Positions 18,886 to 27,610 of a DNA stretch of 46,410 bases are shown here, one piece after another. Position 1 is the first letter of the stretch, and each line of letters opens with the position of its first letter. The position numbers and the translations under genes are program-made. Below the pieces are notes generated by a model. That model searched no databases and was not told where the DNA came from. It saw only the letters and a program-made list of their open reading frames with translations. Location: NCBI GenBank assembly GCA_043825875.1, contig JBDRRF010000030.1, positions 1 to 46,410 of the forward strand, given 5' to 3'. This DNA is from Pseudomonadota bacterium. GTDB taxonomy: Bacteria > Desulfobacterota > Desulfobacteria > Desulfobacterales > RPRI01.

Positions 18886-20253
18886 CTATACTTTTTTTGA
18901 CAGCAGCTTTGCTATCTTTTTTGTACTGGCTTCCATTCCTATTATATTTTTATTTGAAATTCCGGCAATGATAACAATGCTTTTCCCATGTTTTTTAACA
19001 ACCTCGACACAAAATCTGATATGAGACACAAAAAAAGTAATAAAGCATCCTATAATCATCAATATAAATCCGCTGTAAACAACGGGAACTCCGGGATCTC
19101 TTGTTACCTGAAGCCCTGTATAGTAACGCTTTTCGTTATTTTCCGCAGATATTACAAGCTCACCACCTCTCATTTTGTCAAAACCGGGAAAATTAAATGG
19201 AAGTATTATATCAGCAGGTTCACCTTTTAATGGAGTCAATGTTCCCACAAAAGCTTCTCCAAGATTATGCTCTCTGAAATTATATGAGCGGAAATACTTA
19301 TTCAAAGCAAACTTAGCAGATGTTCCCGGAAGATCGATTTCTTCTCCTACAGATATTTTTTTTCTATATACTGTTCCGGTTTTACGATCAGTAAAGCTAA
19401 GCGATATATCTTCAGGCTCCTGCATTCCGTAATTTGACTGAAAAATATTAATTCCTTTGTAGCGGAGAGGGTCATTAACAATTATATCTTTTTTAAAAAC
19501 AGGTTTGCCGTTTTCAAGAATAGTAAGTGCTGAACGATATTCTTTAGGCATGCCCGACTTATAAAATGTTACATTAAAATCATCACACCTTATTTCAAAA
19601 TCAAGAGGTTGCTTTGCACCCGTATTTCTCAATATTACATTTTTAACACTTTTTCCCTCAGGGATAGTAACAGAACCATCAAATCCAAAATAGGAACCTA
19701 TTAATCCGCCAATAAGCAACAAAATAACGCTAAAATGAACCGCGTAAACTCCAAGCCGACTCCAGCGACCTTTTTCCGCATAAATAACAAATCCATTCTC
19801 TTTATCTTCTATTCTTGTGAATTTAAACAACTTCGACAATGCCGTTGCATATATAGCCTTAAGATCTGCCGGAGTATGAGCAACATTAAATTCTTCCTTG
19901 TAAGAACTTTTTAATTTGGCAATATCAAAAGAAGGAGTTTTTTTAAAAATTACTTTCCATGTTGAAGAAAGGCGGTCAATTGAACATACAATAATATTTG
20001 CCGTTAGAATAAAGACTAATAGCTGAAACCACCACGAATGGTACATATCAAAGATATCTAGAGCAGAAAATACTTTGTAAACAAATTCTCCGTACTTGAA
20101 AAAATATGCCGCAGGACTTTCATTCTGTGGTATCAACGTTCCTATAATGCAGGTAATTGCAAGAATGATAAGCAAAGTTATGGTAAGTTTTATCGAAGCA
20201 AAATATTTCCACAACCTGTTTATTGGGTCATTGGAAGCTTTATTTTTTTTCAT
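18886..20253 (-). CDS. resB: Cytochrome c biogenesis protein ResB/Ccs1
   Basis: IGTLIPQ, DMYHSWWF, CSIDR, VNDPLRYKG, TGLQVTRDPG; ATG 20253 overlaps the upstream gene end. Confidence 0.9.
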   Translation of the reverse strand: MKKNKASNDPINRLWKYFASIKLTITLLIILAITCIIGTLIPQNESPAAYFFKYGEFVYKVFSALDIFDMYHSWWFQLLVFILTANIIVCSIDRLSSTWKVIFKKTPSFDIAKLKSSYKEEFNVAHTPADLKAIYATALSKLFKFTRIEDKENGFVIYAEKGRWSRLGVYAVHFSVILLLIGGLIGSYFGFDGSVTIPEGKSVKNVILRNTGAKQPLDFEIRCDDFNVTFYKSGMPKEYRSALTILENGKPVFKKDIIVNDPLRYKGINIFQSNYGMQEPEDISLSFTDRKTGTVYRKKISVGEEIDLPGTSAKFALNKYFRSYNFREHNLGEAFVGTLTPLKGEPADIILPFNFPGFDKMRGGELVISAENNEKRYYTGLQVTRDPGVPVVYSGFILMIIGCFITFFVSHIRFCVEVVKKHGKSIVIIAGISNKNIIGMEASTKKIAKLLSKKV

Positions 20254-23125
20254 AAGAAGAAGATCCTTTGGCAGGTTTTGCAATAATTGAAGCGGCTCTG
20301 GAATTAACAAGATATTTTTTTGCAAGCATAGAAAGTTCATCAGCAGTTATTTTTTCGTAATCTTTTTTTAAATTCCTGGCCCACTCTATTTGCTGCGGAT
20401 ATTTTTGAGACTCAGTTAATACTCTAAGCCAGTAACCATTATTTCTCAAAATATCCTTTATCCTGGTTAATATCGGATCAAGTGCCCTTTTCATATTTTC
20501 TTTGCTGACCCCGTTTTTTGCAATTTCGGATGCTATTTTTTTAATTTTATTTTCCACAGCAACAGACTCTTTAGGATTTACATCTGCTCTTGAAAATAAG
20601 ATGCCATATCCTGGATATACCCTGCTGGGGGCATTATATACAAAATAAGAGTAAGATGCGCCCATATTCTCCCTGACCTCCTGGCGTATTTTTTCCGAAA
20701 AAACTTCTGCGAGAACAGATAGACGTCGTGTTGTATCAATATCCCATATGTCTTTAGTTGGATATGCTACATATACAGCACCTTTTTTAATTTCTGTTTC
20801 AACATCTATATTAATGGATTTATCTGAAGGAAAATTTATATTAACGGATCTTATTTGCGCCAAGCCGGATGTTTTTCTTTCAGGCAGGCTGCCAAAATAC
20901 AGGCCGACAAGCTCTACAACCCGGTCTTCATTAAAATCCCCGACTATCGAAATTTCTATAGGATCATTTTGTAATTTTGGACCGATCCATGAAATAATAT
21001 CATCCAGCGATATTTTTTTTAATTTTTCCGGTACAGCAAAACCGAAACGCGTATCTCCGCCTGCAAGAAAACGTTCGCCAAAAAGCGGCATTGCACCATC
21101 TATTGACCCTGAATACTCCTTGTATTTCTGGTTTAATCTTTCCATAGACAACAGGTATGATTCTTTCCTGAATCCCGGGTCCATAAGCTTTGCATAAAAA
21201 AGCTGAAAAAGAAGTTCGATTTCATTTGATACCGTTTTCCCTCTTAAAAGAAAAGATCCATCCTTAACAGCAAATGAAATATTAGTACTTTTTCCTGCAA
21301 GTGCTCTATCCAACTCATCCTTGTCCAGCTTACCAAGCCCACTCTCATTAACAACCTCTTGAGAAAAACGGGATATACCTTCCAAACCTTCAGGCTCTTG
21401 CGAACTTCCAAGTCCGAAAGAAATATTTGCCATAATTTCATTTGCCTCAAAATCGGTTTTTTTAAGATTAAGGCGCACCTTGTTTTCAAAATCTATTTGC
21501 ACAATCCCAAGATCAGGCATGTTTTTTCTTTGTTTTATCTTACCCTTTGTTTTGGGCTGGGAAAGATAAGGGAAAAAAACCGGGTTGCTCTCAATATTTT
21601 TTGGTATCTCCACCAAAGTACTTTTTTCATATACTTTAGCTATCTGCTCTTTTGGATCGGTGTTCCCGTCAATTTTAGTATTTCCGGTGACAATTACAAG
21701 TCTATGCTCCGGCTTCCATGTATTTATAAACGAATCATACAAATCTTTTACAGAAATCGAATCCAAAACGCCGGCATAAAACTGCTCTTCCTGCAATGGA
21801 GATTGAAATACTCTATGATTGTTTGCATCCCTTATTATATCATTTGCAAGCATCCGGCTGTCCCGTGTAGAGGCCTGTTTAACCGCATTGGAAAACATCG
21901 CCATGAGATCTTTTTTTACCCTTTCAAACTCAGAATGAGTAAAACCGTTTTCAAGAGCGCCTCTTAATACTTGCTCAATAGCAGATAATGATTCTTCCCA
22001 GTTTTCAGGACCGCACTCGGCTGAAATACCGGCATATTGAATATGGTTAAGAAAAGTCCCGGAACTGATGGAAGCCGAAGTAAACGGAGCCTTGTTTTTT
22101 GTTACCATGGCATCAAGCCTGTTACGGACAATACGGTCTGCAACATTAGCTATAAATCGCTTTCTGCGAACTTTTGAGGTTTCCACCTCTTCTTCAACTT
22201 TGCTGGCAATCTCAATACTTACCGTAGTATTACCCTCATCTTTTTCATAATGGTAAAAGGGTTTTATTCCTTTATGCTTAATATCCCCAAACAAAGGAGC
22301 GCTTTTTACCGGCGCCATTTCAGATAGCGTTGAAAATTTTTCTTTAATTAGTCCATCAGCTGTTTTGGGATCAAAATCTCCCACAATTATCAGAACAACA
22401 TCTTCCGGTCTGTACCATGCCTGATAAAAATCTTTCAATTGTTTGCCCGTAATATTTTCAATTGTTTCCTTCTCACCTATAGGTAACCTCTTTGAAATTA
22501 AGGCATCCGGAAATTTGAATTTCATGGTCGAAACAACAGTACGGTATGATGAGGAATCTCTGGATCTTTTTTCTGCAAGTATAACCCGTCTTTCTCTATT
22601 TACTTCCGAATCAAGTATAAGAGCGCCTTTAATAAAATCATCCGATATTAAAAGACCTTTATCAATACTCTCTTTTTTTCCGTCAGGCAGTAAAATTTCA
22701 TAAACTGTTTCATTAAATCCCGTATGGGCATTAGCATCAGGACCGAAATCCATCCCCATGTCCTGAAAATATTTTATTAGTTCACCTGGCTTAAAATGCG
22801 TAGAACCACAAAAAAGTATGTGCTCAAGATAGTGTGCCAAACCTTCTTGCCCATCTTCTTCCTGCATGGAACCTGTCTGGACATTAATACATATATTCAC
22901 TCTGTTCTTGGGCTCATGGTTCTGCATAAGCACATATCTGAATCCATTGGCAAGACGTCCGTAAATTGCAGCCGGATCAGGTTTAAGATCGCTTTGCTCA
23001 TGCGGCCAAAGAGGGAGCAAATTACTGCTCTTGGCTAACACCGTATCAGCGCAAAATAAAAGTAAAAAACAGATAATAAGAGTCGATATTATAAAACGAT
23101 GGTTTTTAATAAATAGTTTTATCAT
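20240..23125 (-). CDS. M16 zinc protease (PqqL-like), secreted
   Basis: Inverted zincin HYLEH, NAHTGFNETVY, RLPIG; signal peptide. Confidence 0.92.
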   Translation of the reverse strand: MIKLFIKNHRFIISTLIICFLLLFCADTVLAKSSNLLPLWPHEQSDLKPDPAAIYGRLANGFRYVLMQNHEPKNRVNICINVQTGSMQEEDGQEGLAHYLEHILFCGSTHFKPGELIKYFQDMGMDFGPDANAHTGFNETVYEILLPDGKKESIDKGLLISDDFIKGALILDSEVNRERRVILAEKRSRDSSSYRTVVSTMKFKFPDALISKRLPIGEKETIENITGKQLKDFYQAWYRPEDVVLIIVGDFDPKTADGLIKEKFSTLSEMAPVKSAPLFGDIKHKGIKPFYHYEKDEGNTTVSIEIASKVEEEVETSKVRRKRFIANVADRIVRNRLDAMVTKNKAPFTSASISSGTFLNHIQYAGISAECGPENWEESLSAIEQVLRGALENGFTHSEFERVKKDLMAMFSNAVKQASTRDSRMLANDIIRDANNHRVFQSPLQEEQFYAGVLDSISVKDLYDSFINTWKPEHRLVIVTGNTKIDGNTDPKEQIAKVYEKSTLVEIPKNIESNPVFFPYLSQPKTKGKIKQRKNMPDLGIVQIDFENKVRLNLKKTDFEANEIMANISFGLGSSQEPEGLEGISRFSQEVVNESGLGKLDKDELDRALAGKSTNISFAVKDGSFLLRGKTVSNEIELLFQLFYAKLMDPGFRKESYLLSMERLNQKYKEYSGSIDGAMPLFGERFLAGGDTRFGFAVPEKLKKISLDDIISWIGPKLQNDPIEISIVGDFNEDRVVELVGLYFGSLPERKTSGLAQIRSVNINFPSDKSINIDVETEIKKGAVYVAYPTKDIWDIDTTRRLSVLAEVFSEKIRQEVRENMGASYSYFVYNAPSRVYPGYGILFSRADVNPKESVAVENKIKKIASEIAKNGVSKENMKRALDPILTRIKDILRNNGYWLRVLTESQKYPQQIEWARNLKKDYEKITADELSMLAKKYLVNSRAASIIAKPAKGSSSYEKK

Positions 23126-23273
23126 TATTTAATTCCAACTTTGGTATAGCTTTTTGTTAAAATAGGCGTTAAAATCATGAACAATTTTACAAAATTTGTA
23201 TTATAAAACAATAATTACAAGTTGGCAATAAGTCAAAATTTAAGGCCTAATTAATCCAAATACATTTTTTAAC

Positions 23274-24377
23274 ATGCACAAATATAAACCTGAATCTGCT
23301 GCTATAATAGAAAAACTGGAAAGAAAAATTCTTCACGGCCTTGCCCTTGAATGGGAAACAGCCCGATATCTTATCGACTCAAAATACCGCAAGTTTTTAA
23401 ATATACCTTCATTTTGCTTGAAAGATATGAAAAGAAGGCTGGGATACTGGTCAAGCGAAAAAAATGAGATTTGTATAAACCGCAATACGGCATTATCATG
23501 CAATTGGGATTATATAAAAAAAATTCTGCTTCACGAAATGGCTCACCAGGTGGCAGAACAAATATTTGGAGCAAAATCCGAAACACCTCATGGCCCATTA
23601 TTTAAAAAAGCATGTTATATCTTAAGAGCTGATTACAGAGCTACAGAAAACAGCGACAAAAATAGAAACGATAATGAATCAGATGATCCAACAATATTAC
23701 TTCGCATAAAAAAGCTGTTTGCTCTTGCCGAAAGCAGCAATCAAAACGAAGCGGAATCAGCCATGAAAAAAGCGCATGAGTTGGTTGCAAAATATAATGT
23801 TGACGTAATTACAAATAATATAAATCGTCAGTTCGAAAGCATATCAGTGGGTGCTCCGGCTCTCCGTCATCCGAAAGAAGATTATTATCTTGCAGGATTG
23901 CTAAGAGATTATTATTTCGTCTGGACTATATGGGTTCCTGTTTTTATGATCGAAAAAGAAAAAATGGGACGAATACTTGAACTTTCCGGAACTTTGGAAA
24001 ATATCGAGATAGCATCTTATGTCCATGATTTTATAAAACATCATATTGAAAGCAGATGGGCAGAATACAACAGCAAAAAATCTTTAAACCGCTATCGCAA
24101 AACAGACTTTGCTACAGGGATTATAAAAGGCTTTAGTACAAAATTAAAGGGAGACACCAAAAGTAAACATACTGTATCCAATGCCCTGGTAAAAACCGGA
24201 GATCCTATGCTTAACAAATATATAAAATACAAGTATCCGCATATTGCAAATATATCTTCTAAAAGCTCAAGTTGTGATGCGAAAGTTCTTCAGGATGGAA
24301 TTAATATAGGTAAAAATCTTGTAATTTCAAAAGGAATAACAACAACAAGCTCGGGGAAAATATTTCTTATCGAGTAA
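23274..24377 (+). CDS. SprT-like zincin + DUF2786 domain protein
   Basis: LLHEMAHQ...PHGPLF; IKKLFALAESSNQNEAESAMKKAHEL. Confidence 0.82.
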   Translation: MHKYKPESAAIIEKLERKILHGLALEWETARYLIDSKYRKFLNIPSFCLKDMKRRLGYWSSEKNEICINRNTALSCNWDYIKKILLHEMAHQVAEQIFGAKSETPHGPLFKKACYILRADYRATENSDKNRNDNESDDPTILLRIKKLFALAESSNQNEAESAMKKAHELVAKYNVDVITNNINRQFESISVGAPALRHPKEDYYLAGLLRDYYFVWTIWVPVFMIEKEKMGRILELSGTLENIEIASYVHDFIKHHIESRWAEYNSKKSLNRYRKTDFATGIIKGFSTKLKGDTKSKHTVSNALVKTGDPMLNKYIKYKYPHIANISSKSSSCDAKVLQDGINIGKNLVISKGITTTSSGKIFLIE

Positions 24378-24491
24378 AGTTGTGATATCCACTACCTTCA
24401 AATTATAGAAAAGTATTTGGTAAAATTTCAAAAACTCTCTGACCAAATAAAGCTTACCGCTATCTTAAAAAAGATACAAAGTTATATTGCT

Positions 24492-24656
24492 GAGCCAGTT
24501 TCAAAACACCCCATTTCGGCCGATCTTAAGCGTTGGGCTCAAATTTCGCACGAAGTGAAGCATTAGCGCTATCCTCGAAATACTAAATGTATTCCTGTGG
24601 TTGAAATTTTCTCCCGCCTTGAGCTTGACCAAACTGAAACGTTTTGGAAGTGGCTC
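24492..24656 (-). repeat. Palindromic dispersed repeat copy 2 (inverted) carrying one 22-nt insert
   Basis: Reverse complement of copy 1 plus insert at 24548-24570. Confidence 0.9.
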
Positions 24657-24662
24657 TGGTGT

Positions 24663-25919
24663 TTAATATCTGCCAAACTTCTTGGACGCCGCTATGGTGG
24701 CATCAAGATGCTTTGGAGTAGTATAGTAGTCTACAGCACCAACAGAAAGGGTACACCTGTTGGTACGGGATGCTTTTGCGCAATCGCTGCGGGCTTTAAC
24801 TTCTTCTTCAATAGCTGAAATCGGGCCACTTACAAGTGTTTTATCAGATGGCGCACTGGACGCATAAAGATCATGTTCCTGACAAAATTCATATAATTTC
24901 TTAAAGCTTTTGATATCACCTGTAACCATAATTCCATCAAAACTGCCTGGACCGGCTACATTTTTCTCCCATACAGTAGGCAGCCATTCGACACATCCTT
25001 CCATTGCCCATGCATATACAATCGGATTTTCAGCTGGAATTGCATTTTTAATTGCACTGCCTATCTTGCAGTATTCATCGGCAATCCATAAATTATCCGG
25101 TATGTGGGGAACAAAGCCCATACTGCCGCACTGGTAGCTGTAATCAACATTACCAAGCAGTGTAACGGCCTTGCCAAGCTTTATTTGCCACTGCGTAGCC
25201 AAAGCTATAGTCTTTTTGACAAGATCGGGATTTTTGCGTAAAGCTTTCATCATCTGATTGTAGCCCAATAAATGATTGGCGGTAAAACCGTCAGGCCCGT
25301 GACAATGGGAGCCCTCAATGGGCATAAGTCCGCTTAAGCTGTATTTATCGAATATTCTTCTCGATTCTCTAAGCCACCACAAATATTGAGGGTACATGCC
25401 GTGTTTATCCGGATCAGGTACTTCCAAACCAATAAGATCTTCCTCGGTTTTTATCGGCATTTCTCCGATATGCACCGGATTGCCGTATTCAATAAGTTTT
25501 GAATCGCAGCCGTACAGGTTTTCACCATATGAAAGTGGACCTAAGAAAAGATTATCCGGCTTATATCTTGCTGTAGTTGCTAAATGGGATTTAACCAATA
25601 ATTTGGGTAATTGATATGCATCAATTGGTTTTAATGCATCAGCAAAGCCGTCAAGTGTTCTCACTGCAAACGAGACATGGTATTCCATCTCAACCATAAG
25701 ACGGTCCCTTTCCTTGCCTGCAAAAGTAGCCTTGTAACGCTCCATAGGAGTCATCTCTTCTTCAAGGCAGTTCTTGTGAATTTGCTCACAGTATCTTTCA
25801 ATCTCCCTTTCTTCTTCAGGACTCCACTCCATATCGCCCAATTCATCAAGGGTTTTACCGTAATACGGCCCGGCATCTTCCATTTTACCAAGCTTAATCA
25901 TATCGTTATTTACCTCCAT
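24663..25919 (-). CDS. Uroporphyrinogen decarboxylase / MtaA-CmuA superfamily protein (atypical)
   Basis: EMTPMER..A, LEVPDP...G.YP, G...GP, L.KNPDLVKK, L..GP...IEEEV, T..HLDA.I.A.K.FGRY. Confidence 0.75.
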   Translation of the reverse strand: MEVNNDMIKLGKMEDAGPYYGKTLDELGDMEWSPEEEREIERYCEQIHKNCLEEEMTPMERYKATFAGKERDRLMVEMEYHVSFAVRTLDGFADALKPIDAYQLPKLLVKSHLATTARYKPDNLFLGPLSYGENLYGCDSKLIEYGNPVHIGEMPIKTEEDLIGLEVPDPDKHGMYPQYLWWLRESRRIFDKYSLSGLMPIEGSHCHGPDGFTANHLLGYNQMMKALRKNPDLVKKTIALATQWQIKLGKAVTLLGNVDYSYQCGSMGFVPHIPDNLWIADEYCKIGSAIKNAIPAENPIVYAWAMEGCVEWLPTVWEKNVAGPGSFDGIMVTGDIKSFKKLYEFCQEHDLYASSAPSDKTLVSGPISAIEEEVKARSDCAKASRTNRCTLSVGAVDYYTTPKHLDATIAASKKFGRY

Positions 25920-25987
25920 TGTAATATTGTTTTTCTATTGTTTTACTGTTAAGCAATAAACGGTTACATTTTTATATTTTGATAATA

Positions 25988-26129
25988 GAGCCACTTTCAA
26001 AACGTTTCAGTTTGGTCAAGCTCAAGGCGGGAGAAAATTTCAACCGCAGGAATACATTAAGTATTTCGAGGATTGAAATTTGAGCCCAACGCAGAGATCG
26101 GCCAAACTGGGGCGTTTTGGAACTTGCTC
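25988..26129 (+). repeat. Palindromic dispersed repeat copy 3 (142 bp, no insert)
   Basis: GAGCCACTTTCAAAACG...CGTTTTGGAACTTGCTC, with AATA on both flanks. Confidence 0.9.
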
Positions 26130-26169
26130 AATATTATATCCGGCATCACAGTTTTAACAAGGCCTAAAT

Positions 26170-27603
26170 ATGTCCTCTGATAATTATAAATGTTACAAGA
26201 CACTTGGACAACTAATCAAAGACTACCGGCAATGGCGAAAGCAAAGCCAGGATGAATTTGCCGAATTGATAGAAGTCAGCGTAAGGCAATTGCGAAGATG
26301 GGAAGCTAATCTTTCACATGCTTCCATAGAAAATCTTCAGGATATTGCCAGTATTACTAAAATACCCATGGAAGTTTGCATTTCGCTTAATTCTGATAAT
26401 CCGTTATGGTATTCGCTGAAAAAGAAAAGATTCGCCTACACATTAATTGAAGCGGATCTTATAAGAATAAAGGATTTACTCAAAAGCTACACACAGCCGG
26501 GTGGAAAAATTACGGCAGAAAACGATAAGTGCCTAACTGATAAGTATATAGATGTGGTTCTTTCTTATCATAATGATACCTACGGAACCAAGAAACCTTT
26601 GAATAAAGATGTTTTGGCAAAAGCTATAAAAATGTTGCCTGATTTAAACCGCATTACATTTGATCACTGGGGTCTTATGGTAGGTTATGTTATATGTTTA
26701 CCCATCAGAATAGATATATATCAGAAGCTTATAAAGCAAAAAACGCTCGAAGATTATCTTACAGCAGATAAAATCAGCGGCATATTAACTATGAATAAAG
26801 GAGTTTTTTTTCATTATTCCATGTTTGCAACAAATTTAGGGGTAGCATATCCGATGATGGTTAACAATTTGAAATATCTTTCAAAAATAAATCAAAAAGA
26901 AAGATATCTTGCGGCTTTCCATACATCCATATCAAAAGGAAAAGAGTTTTACACTGATCTGGGTTTGCGAATAGCATGGAATGCCCATGAATTCGGGGAT
27001 GTAATTTCTGATGATGTTCCGGAAATTCTTGAAATCGAGTTGGATAATCTGATTAACCGGTTTGAGAGTTATTCTCCTCCCAAACCCGTTGACACTCCCC
27101 AACCCGTTGACGATAGGGGCCCGGATACAAAAGAGAGTGAAATCAACATAAAGGAAATAACCTGCCCAAATCCTGATTGTGTAAGAAACGATAAAAACAA
27201 AGAAGGCAATATAGTCTGCAACGGAACTTACAGAACAAAACAGGGGGGCTTACGCCGCAGGTTTATATGTAAAACCTGCAACAGATCATTTTGCACTAAA
27301 GCAGGGAGTATTTTTTACGGCCTTAAATCTTCCGAAGAAAAAATTATTGCTGTCCTCAATCTTCTGATTAAGGGAATGTCTCTTACAGGTACGGCAAATG
27401 TTATGAAAGTAAAATTTGATACTGTCCGGCGCTGGCTTACAATTGCTGCCGGACAGAGAGGAAAAATTGATGCTATGCTTATTGAGAAATTGAGGGTATC
27501 TCAGTCCGAATTAGATACTTTATGGGCTTACATTGGTGAAAATTCCCTTCGCAAAAGAGCGATTCATTTAAAAAAAAGTTGTAAATCTCATAGCCAAAAT
27601 TGA
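26170..27603 (+). CDS. XRE-HTH / GNAT-like / IS1 InsA-like multidomain protein, paralog 2
   Basis: Colinear with 4084-5577; CPNPDC...CKTCNRSF, HTH, DTLWAYI. Confidence 0.8.
   Translation: MSSDNYKCYKTLGQLIKDYRQWRKQSQDEFAELIEVSVRQLRRWEANLSHASIENLQDIASITKIPMEVCISLNSDNPLWYSLKKKRFAYTLIEADLIRIKDLLKSYTQPGGKITAENDKCLTDKYIDVVLSYHNDTYGTKKPLNKDVLAKAIKMLPDLNRITFDHWGLMVGYVICLPIRIDIYQKLIKQKTLEDYLTADKISGILTMNKGVFFHYSMFATNLGVAYPMMVNNLKYLSKINQKERYLAAFHTSISKGKEFYTDLGLRIAWNAHEFGDVISDDVPEILEIELDNLINRFESYSPPKPVDTPQPVDDRGPDTKESEINIKEITCPNPDCVRNDKNKEGNIVCNGTYRTKQGGLRRRFICKTCNRSFCTKAGSIFYGLKSSEEKIIAVLNLLIKGMSLTGTANVMKVKFDTVRRWLTIAAGQRGKIDAMLIEKLRVSQSELDTLWAYIGENSLRKRAIHLKKSCKSHSQN
27079..27114 (+). repeat. 18-bp tandem duplication in an interdomain linker (PKPVDT/PQPVDD)
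   Basis: CCCAAACCCGTTGACACT CCCCAACCCGTTGACGAT. Confidence 0.75.
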
Positions 27604-27610
27604 TACTAAT

